A stretch of DNA of 64,000 nt, from positions 6,843 through 70,842 of the IMG/VR virus record IMGVR_UViG_3300010883_027240, one strand, 5' to 3'. Source of the stretch: a virus. Position numbers and translations under genes: made by a program. Positions 56,327 to 64,000 of this stretch are shown piece by piece (positions within the stretch are counted from its first letter, which is position 1; each line of letters opens with the position of its first letter). Below the pieces are notes generated by a model. It was not told the origin of the DNA and did not search any database. It saw nothing but the letters and a program-made list of their open reading frames with translations.

Positions 56327-59300
56327 ATGAAAATTGTTCATATAGCTGATGTGCACTGGCGAGGTTTGTCAAGGCACGAAGAATATGTGCTTGTTTTTAA
56401 CAAGCTATTTAAGCAAATAAAAAAGTTATGTCCAGATGTAATTTATATCGGTGGAGACATAGTACATTCAAAGACACAAGGGATATCGCCTGAGCTTATA
56501 GAAAACTTAGCTTGGTGGTTTACTGAATTTGCAAATATTGCTCCAACACATATAATATTAGGTAATCACGACGGTCTTTTGCACAACAAAGACAGGCAAG
56601 ATGCAATTACACCAATTGTTCAAGCCTTAGACAATGATAATATATTTTTGTATAAAGAGTCAGGAGTTTATCCGACAGGCGTACCAGGTTTCGACTGGTG
56701 TGTTTTTTCATGTTTTGATGAAGAATCTTGGAAAAATTTAAAAAGATCAGACAATATATCAATTGCACTTTTTCATGGTGCAGTAAGAGGCTCATTAACT
56801 GATGCTGACTGGTCCATGGAAGGCGAAGTTCCAATAAGCTTTTTTGATAGTTTTGATTTTGCTCTATTGGGTGACATTCATAAGCGCCAATTCTTAAATG
56901 AAGAAAAAACAATAGCTTACAGCGGCAGTACAATTCAGCAAAACTATGGCGAAGATTTAGAAAAAGGATTTTTATTTTGGGATATTCAAAGCAAAGATAA
57001 GTTTACATCTAAATTCTATAAAATAGAAAACAACTTTTCTTTTGTAACAGTCGATTGGCGTGGGACCGTAGAGAAAACATTAAAAGCATGCGCAGACTAC
57101 CCAAGGCAATCTAGATTTAGAATAAAATCTGATAATTATGTTACGCAAGCTGAAGCAAGAACTTTACAAAAGTCACTAATAAAAACTAAAAATGCAGCTG
57201 AGGTTGTATTTAAAATAGATAATTCTTTTGAATCTGAAAATATTGCTAAGATCACATCAGCAAGCTTAAACTTAAGAGACGCGTCAACGCACAAAAATTT
57301 ACTTAAAGACTATTACGCGAATCTTGTACTTAGCGAAATCGAATGGGCAGAGCTTGAAGGTATGGTCGACAAATACATATCAGAAATAGCATCATCAGAA
57401 AGCGACTTAAGGAATGTTAAGTGGTCGATTCATAATGTCTCTTTTGATAATACATTTTCCTATAGCGAAGGTAATCATATTAATTTTGACAATTTACCGG
57501 GAATAACTGGAATATTTGGAAAAAACGCAAGAGGAAAATCTTCAATCATTGGAACACTTGCTTACGGTCTTTTTAACACAACAGACCGCGGCGCAATTAA
57601 AAATATTCACATTATTAATAGTAGAAGAAATGATTGCAGGGTGTCAATTGATATATCAATAAATAACATCCCATACAGAATCGTTAGAAAGACTGTCAAA
57701 AAACAAACAAAAAGCGGCCCATGGGCACCTACAACTTTAAACTTCTATCGATTGGATAATGCTTCAGAAATAATTGAAGATCTTACAGAAGAACAAAGAA
57801 GAGAAACAGAAAAAATAGTTAGAAATATGATTGGTAGTCCAGAAGAATTTTTAATGACTAGTCTTGCCTCTCAAGGAGAGATGAATACTTTTATTAGAGA
57901 AAAAGCAAGTTCAAGAAAAAATATACTAAGTAGTTTTCTTGATATGACAGTGTTTGAAACACTTTATGATTTGGCAAAAAAAGAATCTAATGAAATACGA
58001 GTAAGCGCAAAGTCTCTATCTTCAGAAAACTGGGCGAAGAAGATAGAGGAACTTGATCAAAGCATAAAAAGAAGAACAAGTCGACTTGAGACAATTAGCG
58101 TTGAAATTGAAAAAACTCAAGAAAAAATAGAAGGGCTTTCAAAAGATCTTCATCAAAATACAGAATTTGAATATATTAGTAAGCACGATATAGAAAAATA
58201 CAAAAACAAGATTTCAGAAATTGAACTTTCAATAGATGAAAAAGAAACAGACTTAGATACTCAAAAAGACAACATATTTGATATTGATCAAAAAATTGTT
58301 AAAATTAACAATTTTATTGACTCTTTTGACGTAGACGATGTAAGAGAGCGAAAAAGAGCAGCTGAAAAAGCAAAAGAGGCGCTCTGGAACATTAAGAATG
58401 TTTTCAATATAGAAAAAATAGAGTTAGATAATTTAACTAAGTCAGTCAAAAAGTTAGAAGAAGTACCTTGCGGGGACCAGTTTTTAACATGTAAGTTTAT
58501 TAAAGATTCACATAAGAACAAAGCAAGATTAGAAAAAAAGAGATCTAAAGTAGCGACATTGCGAACAAATTTAAAAGATCTCGAGATAGCTCATAAGAAA
58601 CTTGCAAAAGAAAGTTATGAAGAGCAGATTGAAAAATATAATAAAATTGTGGAAAAAAAGTCAAACTTGGTAACACAAATTTCTGCAGGCAAGGTTAATA
58701 TTGAAAGTTTGCAAAATCAAATTAAAAATCTTGAAAACGATGTAAACGAGAAGCGAGAAGATTTTGAGGTCATACTTAGCAAATTTAATTCTCAAGAAAA
58801 GAATGATTCACTTTCTATTATTTCAAAAATGCTTTATGAAAAGAAGAAAGCACTAAAAGCACATGACAGTGAAAGAATAGCAATTATCAACAAGGTAGCA
58901 AGAGACTCAGCAGAACTTGACATAGCAAACAAGAATAAAAAGAAATACGAAGATGAAAAAAATAAAGTAAAAGTATATGACTTGTTTTTGCAGGCAACAT
59001 CAAAGAGAGGCATACCTGTTCAGATAATAAACTCTTTGTTACCTAAAATTAATGATGAAATATCAAAAATTCTAAAAGGCGTCGTAGGTTTTACTGTTGT
59101 GCTTGAAGCAGATCTTGAATCAAATGCAATGGATATTTATATAGACTACGGAGACTCAAGAAGGATTGTCGAGCTAGGTTCCGGAATGGAAAAAATGATA
59201 GCATCTTTAGCAATTAGAGTCGCGCTTATAAATGTTTCTTCTCTACCTAAGACAAATATGATTATAATTGACGAAGGTTTTGGTTCTTTAGATGAAATTA

Positions 59301-59452
59301 ACTTAGAATCATGCGGAAGACTTCTAAGATCTCTAAAAAAATTATTTAAAAATATAATTATTATTTCACATATTGATACAATTAAAGACATTGTTGACAA
59401 CACTATAGAAATAACAAAAAAAGGAGCAAACTCATATGTCCATAGTGGTTAA
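56327..59452 (+). CDS. Fused Mre11(SbcD/gp47)-Rad50(SbcC/gp46) nuclease-ATPase
   Basis: HIADVH, GGDIVH, LGNHD, FHG and LGDIH; then Walker A GKNARGKSS, a coiled coil, GSGMEK, IIDEGFGSLD and ISH, all in one frame. Confidence 0.93.
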   Translation: MKIVHIADVHWRGLSRHEEYVLVFNKLFKQIKKLCPDVIYIGGDIVHSKTQGISPELIENLAWWFTEFANIAPTHIILGNHDGLLHNKDRQDAITPIVQALDNDNIFLYKESGVYPTGVPGFDWCVFSCFDEESWKNLKRSDNISIALFHGAVRGSLTDADWSMEGEVPISFFDSFDFALLGDIHKRQFLNEEKTIAYSGSTIQQNYGEDLEKGFLFWDIQSKDKFTSKFYKIENNFSFVTVDWRGTVEKTLKACADYPRQSRFRIKSDNYVTQAEARTLQKSLIKTKNAAEVVFKIDNSFESENIAKITSASLNLRDASTHKNLLKDYYANLVLSEIEWAELEGMVDKYISEIASSESDLRNVKWSIHNVSFDNTFSYSEGNHINFDNLPGITGIFGKNARGKSSIIGTLAYGLFNTTDRGAIKNIHIINSRRNDCRVSIDISINNIPYRIVRKTVKKQTKSGPWAPTTLNFYRLDNASEIIEDLTEEQRRETEKIVRNMIGSPEEFLMTSLASQGEMNTFIREKASSRKNILSSFLDMTVFETLYDLAKKESNEIRVSAKSLSSENWAKKIEELDQSIKRRTSRLETISVEIEKTQEKIEGLSKDLHQNTEFEYISKHDIEKYKNKISEIELSIDEKETDLDTQKDNIFDIDQKIVKINNFIDSFDVDDVRERKRAAEKAKEALWNIKNVFNIEKIELDNLTKSVKKLEEVPCGDQFLTCKFIKDSHKNKARLEKKRSKVATLRTNLKDLEIAHKKLAKESYEEQIEKYNKIVEKKSNLVTQISAGKVNIESLQNQIKNLENDVNEKREDFEVILSKFNSQEKNDSLSIISKMLYEKKKALKAHDSERIAIINKVARDSAELDIANKNKKKYEDEKNKVKVYDLFLQATSKRGIPVQIINSLLPKINDEISKILKGVVGFTVVLEADLESNAMDIYIDYGDSRRIVELGSGMEKMIASLAIRVALINVSSLPKTNMIIIDEGFGSLDEINLESCGRLLRSLKKLFKNIIIISHIDTIKDIVDNTIEITKKGANSYVHSG

Positions 59453-59705
59453 GATAGTTAGTAGCGGATGTACCCAGAATGACTCTGGAGAAACATTTTT
59501 TTGTAGCGTGTGTGGTTTTCCTCTAAAGTCAAGAGATGACTTCCAGAGCAATACAGAGTACAAGTGCTGCCATGATTGCTACATGGTGTTTGTTGAATCA
59601 AACAAGGATTCATGGCAGAACAACTGCAGACCAGAAAAAAAATTAATAAAAAACCATATTATGAAAAAGAGGAAGTTATTTATGAAAAGAAGGGAGTTAT
59701 TATGA
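59436..59705 (+). CDS. Small zinc-finger hypothetical protein
   Basis: CSVC...CCHDC; ATGA overlap with the next gene. Confidence 0.6.
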   Translation: MSIVVKIVSSGCTQNDSGETFFCSVCGFPLKSRDDFQSNTEYKCCHDCYMVFVESNKDSWQNNCRPEKKLIKNHIMKKRKLFMKRRELL

Positions 59706-60079
59706 ATTTTCAAGATTATAATGTTCTAGGATCGCTTATTGATGATACGTTTGGAAAATCAAACGATACAAACAGCGGTTTTAAGTGTGCAGCAAGAATT
59801 ACAAAAGAAAACAGGTTAACAGTAACATGCATGGTTGTTGTTAATCTTTTAAATAGATCAGAAATGAATTCAGAGGCTAAAAAAGCAGAAGATCAGCTGA
59901 GCAAGCTTTGTAATTCATATATGAAGAATATAAAAAAGGACTTTAAATTGCAAACCGGAAGAGCTTTAAAAGCTAAGCAGGTTTCAAATGATGCATCTGT
60001 TGAACTAGTCAACATGTCAAGCTACTCGCCAAAAGGAACATCATTGGTAAGACAGGTCACTGTTTTTGACATTAGCTGA
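59702..60079 (+). CDS. Hypothetical protein
   Basis: ATG at 59702 preceded by a GGGAG RBS; the upstream in-frame extension overlaps the previous gene. Confidence 0.65.
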   Translation: MNFQDYNVLGSLIDDTFGKSNDTNSGFKCAARITKENRLTVTCMVVVNLLNRSEMNSEAKKAEDQLSKLCNSYMKNIKKDFKLQTGRALKAKQVSNDASVELVNMSSYSPKGTSLVRQVTVFDIS

Positions 60080-60104
60080 TCGCTAATAATACTTACTTAT
60101 TGTA

Positions 60105-61721
60105 ATGGCTAAATTTACAAAACAAAGACAAGTTCAAGAAATTATTAAATGTGGTAAAGATCCAGAATACTTTTTTAAAAATTACTTGAAAATACAGCAC
60201 CCAGTAAGGGGTCTTATCCCTTTTGAGACTTTTGAATTTCAAGATGACTGCATAGAACATTTTCTTGATAATCGATTTAATATAGTACTCAAGTCTAGAC
60301 AATTAGGTATGTCAACACTTGTCGCAGCATATTCAGTTTGGATGGCAATATTCCAAAGAGAGAAGAATATACTTATTATTGCAACAAAACTTGCTGTTGC
60401 ACAAAATTTCATCGTCAAAGTAAAGACAATGATAAGGTCTTTACCGAAGTGGTTGTTATTACCAGAAATTGTTGCTAATAACAAGCAAATGATACAATTT
60501 AGTCATGGCTCACAGATTAAAGCAATACCAACATCAGAAGATGCAGGACGCTCGGAGGCACTATCTCTACTAATAGTAGATGAAGCAGCTTTTGTTAGAA
60601 ATTTTGATACAATATGGACAGGAATTTATCCTACTATTTCAACAGGTGGGCGTGTCATTATCTTGTCGACGCCTAACGGAGTAGGTGGCCAGTATCATAA
60701 GCTTTATGTAGATGCAGTATCTGGTCTGAATGAATTCAATCCTATAAACTTGCCTTGGGAGGTTCATCCTGAACGAGATGCAGAGTGGTTTCAAAAAACT
60801 ACTGTGAACATGACGAAGCGCCAAATTTCTCAAGAATATTTGTGTGACTTTTCAACAAGCGGCGAGACTTTTCTTGATAGTAATACAATTACATGGATGG
60901 GCGAGCATGTTAAGGATCCTATAGCAAGAGAAGGTTTTGATAGAAACGTATGGATATGGAAGCACCCTCTGTCTGAGCATGATTATATTTTATCAGCTGA
61001 TGTTTCTAGAGGTGATGCAAAAGATTATTCAACTTTTCATATTATAGACACAGCAGAAAATGAAGTTGTCGCAGAGTACAAAGGAAAAGTTAAACCTGAC
61101 AACTTTGCAGAAATGATTAATGAGTTTGGCTTGCTATATAATAAAGCGCTAGTTTGTCCTGAAAATAACAGTTACGGATATGCAACAATTTTAAAACTCC
61201 AGGACCTTCAGTATCCTAAGATATATTATAGAAAAAAGAAACAGGTCTACGTAGGCAATTATGTTCCTCAATCATCTGTTGATATCGCTGGATTTAATAC
61301 AAATGGAAAAACACGCAGTACAATTCTATCTAAGCTAGAAGAAGTTTTGAGAAATAGACAGCTAATTACTTACTCTTCTAGATTTTATGAAGAAACAAAA
61401 GTTTTCACATGGAATGGAGGTAGAGCCCAAGCAAGAAAAGGATTTAATGACGACTTAGTTATGAGTCTTGCAATAGGCTCTTGGCTTTTTGATGCTTCTT
61501 CTGACTATTCGAAAAATAATAAAGGCCTCAACGACGCAATGTTAGATGGTATGGGCAAGAAAGTTACAAAATTTAATCATACGTCAGATCAAGTTTACTC
61601 AGACTACCGCGAATTCTCAAATTCAAAAAATGTAAATAATAAAAATAACGTCAAGCAAGATATAAATAAAACTAAAAATCAAAGTGGTGTACCAACAGAT
61701 TTTTTTTGGTTAATTAGGTAA
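60105..61721 (+). CDS. terL: Terminase large subunit (T4 gp17-like)
   Basis: LKSRQLGMST, LLIVDEAAFV, ILSTPNG, QEYLCDF, ADVSRG..DYS, ENN and DDLVMS. Confidence 0.95.
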   Translation: MAKFTKQRQVQEIIKCGKDPEYFFKNYLKIQHPVRGLIPFETFEFQDDCIEHFLDNRFNIVLKSRQLGMSTLVAAYSVWMAIFQREKNILIIATKLAVAQNFIVKVKTMIRSLPKWLLLPEIVANNKQMIQFSHGSQIKAIPTSEDAGRSEALSLLIVDEAAFVRNFDTIWTGIYPTISTGGRVIILSTPNGVGGQYHKLYVDAVSGLNEFNPINLPWEVHPERDAEWFQKTTVNMTKRQISQEYLCDFSTSGETFLDSNTITWMGEHVKDPIAREGFDRNVWIWKHPLSEHDYILSADVSRGDAKDYSTFHIIDTAENEVVAEYKGKVKPDNFAEMINEFGLLYNKALVCPENNSYGYATILKLQDLQYPKIYYRKKKQVYVGNYVPQSSVDIAGFNTNGKTRSTILSKLEEVLRNRQLITYSSRFYEETKVFTWNGGRAQARKGFNDDLVMSLAIGSWLFDASSDYSKNNKGLNDAMLDGMGKKVTKFNHTSDQVYSDYREFSNSKNVNNKNNVKQDINKTKNQSGVPTDFFWLIR

Positions 61722-61725
61722 TAAA

Positions 61726-63714
61726 ATGGCAGAATCTAGAAACAACATATTCCAAAGACTTACTCGACTATTCAGAAGCGGTCCAGTAGTTAAGCGAAAG
61801 GTTATCAAACCTGATGACAAGTATACTTCATCTGCTTTTGAACTCTTTAGAAAAAATCAAAGTCGTGTATACAGTAATGCTATGTCTGCATATGGGACGT
61901 ATGACAGAATGGCAAGATACTCAGACTTTAGTGAAATGGAATATACACCTGAGATAGGTAGTGCTCTTGACATTTATGCAGAAGAGTCAGTTTCAGCTGA
62001 TGAGTCCGGCAATGTCTTACATATTCACTCTGACAATTCAAAGATAAAGCAAATATTATCAGACTTGTTTTATGACACATTAAATGTAGAATTCAATATG
62101 ACTTCTTGGGCTAGAAACCTTGTTAAGTACGGTGACTTTTTTATGTTTAATGATGTCTCTCCAGAACTTGGTATAATAAATGCTTATCCTTTGCCAATAT
62201 CTGAAGTAGAAAGAGAAGAAGGGTATGATCCTATGGATCCCATGGCAGTAAGATTTCGATGGGTAACACAAGGAAACCAGGTTTTAGAAAATTGGCAAGT
62301 TTCTCATATGCGACTTTTGGGAAATGATGCATTTTTGCCATACGGATCTTCTGTATTAGAACCTGCGCGCCGAATATGGCGGCAGCTAATTCTTCTTGAG
62401 GACGCAATGCTCGTCTACAGAATTGTTAGAGCACCTGAGAGAAGAGTCTTTAAAATAGATGTTGGAAACGTGCCTCCCGAAGAAATTCCGATGTATATGG
62501 AGCGAGCTCAATCTGCTCTAAAACGAGCACCGATAACCGATAGCAATACAGGCAAAGTTGACTTACGATATAATCCACTGTCAGTTGATGAAGATTATTT
62601 TATACCGGTAAGAGGTTCAGAGTCTGGTACTGCTATTGAAACATTGGGCGGTGGTGTCATGGCCGGCGAAACAAACGATGTTGAGTATATACAAAAGAAG
62701 CTCTTTGCTGCTTTGAAAGTTCCAAAAGCTTATCTTGGGTATGACGAAGGCCTTGGCGCTAAAGCAACGCTCTCTCAAGAGGACATAAGGTTTTCTAGAA
62801 CTATTGCGAGAGTTCAAAGAACGATACTTTCAGAAATGAATAAAATTGCAATAATTCATCTATACTGTCATGGTTTTACTGATACAGACCTTCTTGACTT
62901 TTCTCTAAAGCTTTCTAATCCGTCTACTATAGCACAGCAGCAAAAACTTGAATTATTTAGAACAAGATTTGAGACTGCAACTTCTTCACTTACAACCCCG
63001 GGCCTTGTTGACAAACTATGGGTTCAGAAAAACATTTTAAGATTAAATGATGCTGAAATACTTGAAATACGAAATGGTCAAAAACGTGACAAAATGCATG
63101 AGCTTGATATAGAATCAACACAGATGACATCGCCTGAAGGTCCTGAAGCGCCGGATGAGGATAATATGCCTAGTGCAGCTATTGACCTTGGTTTTGCTAT
63201 GGGAGACGAAGAAGGGATTTCTGAAAATGACTCTGTGGATGATATCAATGTGCCTATCAGAATTCAAAATAAAATACAAGATGTAGAAACAATGCTAAAC
63301 GAAGCAGAAGATGATGATGAACAAAAAGATGATGAAGAAGAAGATCTTTCTGAGTTCGAATTATCAAGAAAAGAAGCTTTAGAAAAATACAAAGAAAAGA
63401 GAAGAAAAGCACAACATGTAGACAGTGCTAATTTTGTTCACAATACTTCAAGCACGTATCAAAGAAATAGAAGACAGAACGATGTAAGCGGCTTACCAAG
63501 GGAAAAAGATCAAGTTATGGCTTTAGGTAAACTTAAGTTGGAAGATTTAGATATAGATGGATATTTAGATAACAAGATAGTTCAAAATGGACATATGACA
63601 GATATGATTAAGGCTACAATTAATAAACTTGAAACAAATTACGGAAAACCAAAAACATTTACGGGAGTAATCTCTGAGAATAATTCGTCAGGGGGAATAG
63701 ATGAAACAGATTAA
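61726..63714 (+). CDS. Portal protein (T4 gp20-like)
   Basis: LEDAMLVYRIVRAPERRVFKIDVGN, EDYFIPVRG, DVEYIQKKLFAALKVPK and EDIRF. Confidence 0.95.
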   Translation: MAESRNNIFQRLTRLFRSGPVVKRKVIKPDDKYTSSAFELFRKNQSRVYSNAMSAYGTYDRMARYSDFSEMEYTPEIGSALDIYAEESVSADESGNVLHIHSDNSKIKQILSDLFYDTLNVEFNMTSWARNLVKYGDFFMFNDVSPELGIINAYPLPISEVEREEGYDPMDPMAVRFRWVTQGNQVLENWQVSHMRLLGNDAFLPYGSSVLEPARRIWRQLILLEDAMLVYRIVRAPERRVFKIDVGNVPPEEIPMYMERAQSALKRAPITDSNTGKVDLRYNPLSVDEDYFIPVRGSESGTAIETLGGGVMAGETNDVEYIQKKLFAALKVPKAYLGYDEGLGAKATLSQEDIRFSRTIARVQRTILSEMNKIAIIHLYCHGFTDTDLLDFSLKLSNPSTIAQQQKLELFRTRFETATSSLTTPGLVDKLWVQKNILRLNDAEILEIRNGQKRDKMHELDIESTQMTSPEGPEAPDEDNMPSAAIDLGFAMGDEEGISENDSVDDINVPIRIQNKIQDVETMLNEAEDDDEQKDDEEEDLSEFELSRKEALEKYKEKRRKAQHVDSANFVHNTSSTYQRNRRQNDVSGLPREKDQVMALGKLKLEDLDIDGYLDNKIVQNGHMTDMIKATINKLETNYGKPKTFTGVISENNSSGGIDETD

Positions 63715-64000
63715 ACACAATAAAAAAAGAAATATTGGTCTTATTTACGAGCTTTTGCTTAGAAGTCTTAGTGAATGTGTAATAACTAATAATAAAAAAG
63801 GCACAAAAGTAGTCACATCAATATTAGAAAAACGATTTGCAAAAGGAACTGAACTTTATAAAGAATTCAGATTGTTTAATGCACTAGCACAAACAACAGC
63901 TAGCAATACCCATATTATGGCTTCAATACTTGCAGAAGCAAAAGCTGCAGCAAGAAGAACAAATAACAAAAAACTTGAAAATGAAAAGTCTGGTTTAATA
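63701..64000 (+). CDS. Hypothetical protein downstream of portal (3' truncated; absent from the ORF track)
   Basis: ATG at 63701 after a GGGGGA RBS; the frame MKQIKHNKKRNIGLIYELLLR... stays open to the window end. Confidence 0.8.
   Translation, partial: MKQIKHNKKRNIGLIYELLLRSLSECVITNNKKGTKVVTSILEKRFAKGTELYKEFRLFNALAQTTASNTHIMASILAEAKAAARRTNNKKLENEKSGLI

Noticed and set aside
1417-62817. Numerous minus-strand and short alternate-frame ORFs in the track
   Set aside because: All lie inside longer motif-bearing plus-strand genes and have no recognisable motifs; they are shadow ORFs.
56327-63714. Inteins or introns in Mre11-Rad50, terminase or portal
   Set aside because: Lengths are ordinary and motifs are contiguous; no splice-junction or homing endonuclease signatures were seen.
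1-64000. Stop-codon reassignment (TAG/TGA recoding seen in some large phages)
   Set aside because: Long intact ORFs tile the window in the standard code, and TAG and TGA end genes exactly where the next gene begins (e.g. 9957, 38738, 50080, 24134).
1-64000. tRNA, rRNA or structured ncRNA genes
   Set aside because: Intergenic gaps are all under about 80 nt and AT-rich, with no cloverleaf or T-loop pattern noticed.

Overview
This window is a 64-kb segment of an AT-rich large dsDNA tailed phage (T4-like/jumbo myophage architecture). All credible genes are on the + strand, tightly packed, and read in the standard genetic code. 1-15.9 kb: a large glycan/small-molecule modification cluster (several glycosyltransferases, UDP-galactopyranose mutase, UDP-sugar dehydrogenase, epimerase). 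It contains an unusual cassette: B12-radical SAM, kinase-like protein, CMP-ulosonate-synthetase-like cytidylyltransferase, DegT-family aminotransferase, DHQS-family sugar-phosphate cyclase, BtrN-like radical SAM/Twitch protein and GmhA-like isomerase. Together these resemble an aminocyclitol/carbasugar pathway, which is the top finding. 16.2-50 kb: gp55-like late sigma factor, baseplate genes (gp5-, gp25-, gp6-like) and large Ser/Thr/Gly-rich virion proteins with LamG domains. 50-64 kb: RuvC, primase, a PAP2-Fic fusion, a MoxR AAA+/VWA-peptidase pair, a single-chain Mre11-Rad50 fusion, terminase large subunit and portal. Other notable signals are a strongly over-represented GCCGGC palindrome, a shared domain in two adjacent virion proteins, and two promoter classes. 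All family assignments come from motif recognition by eye, with no database searches.
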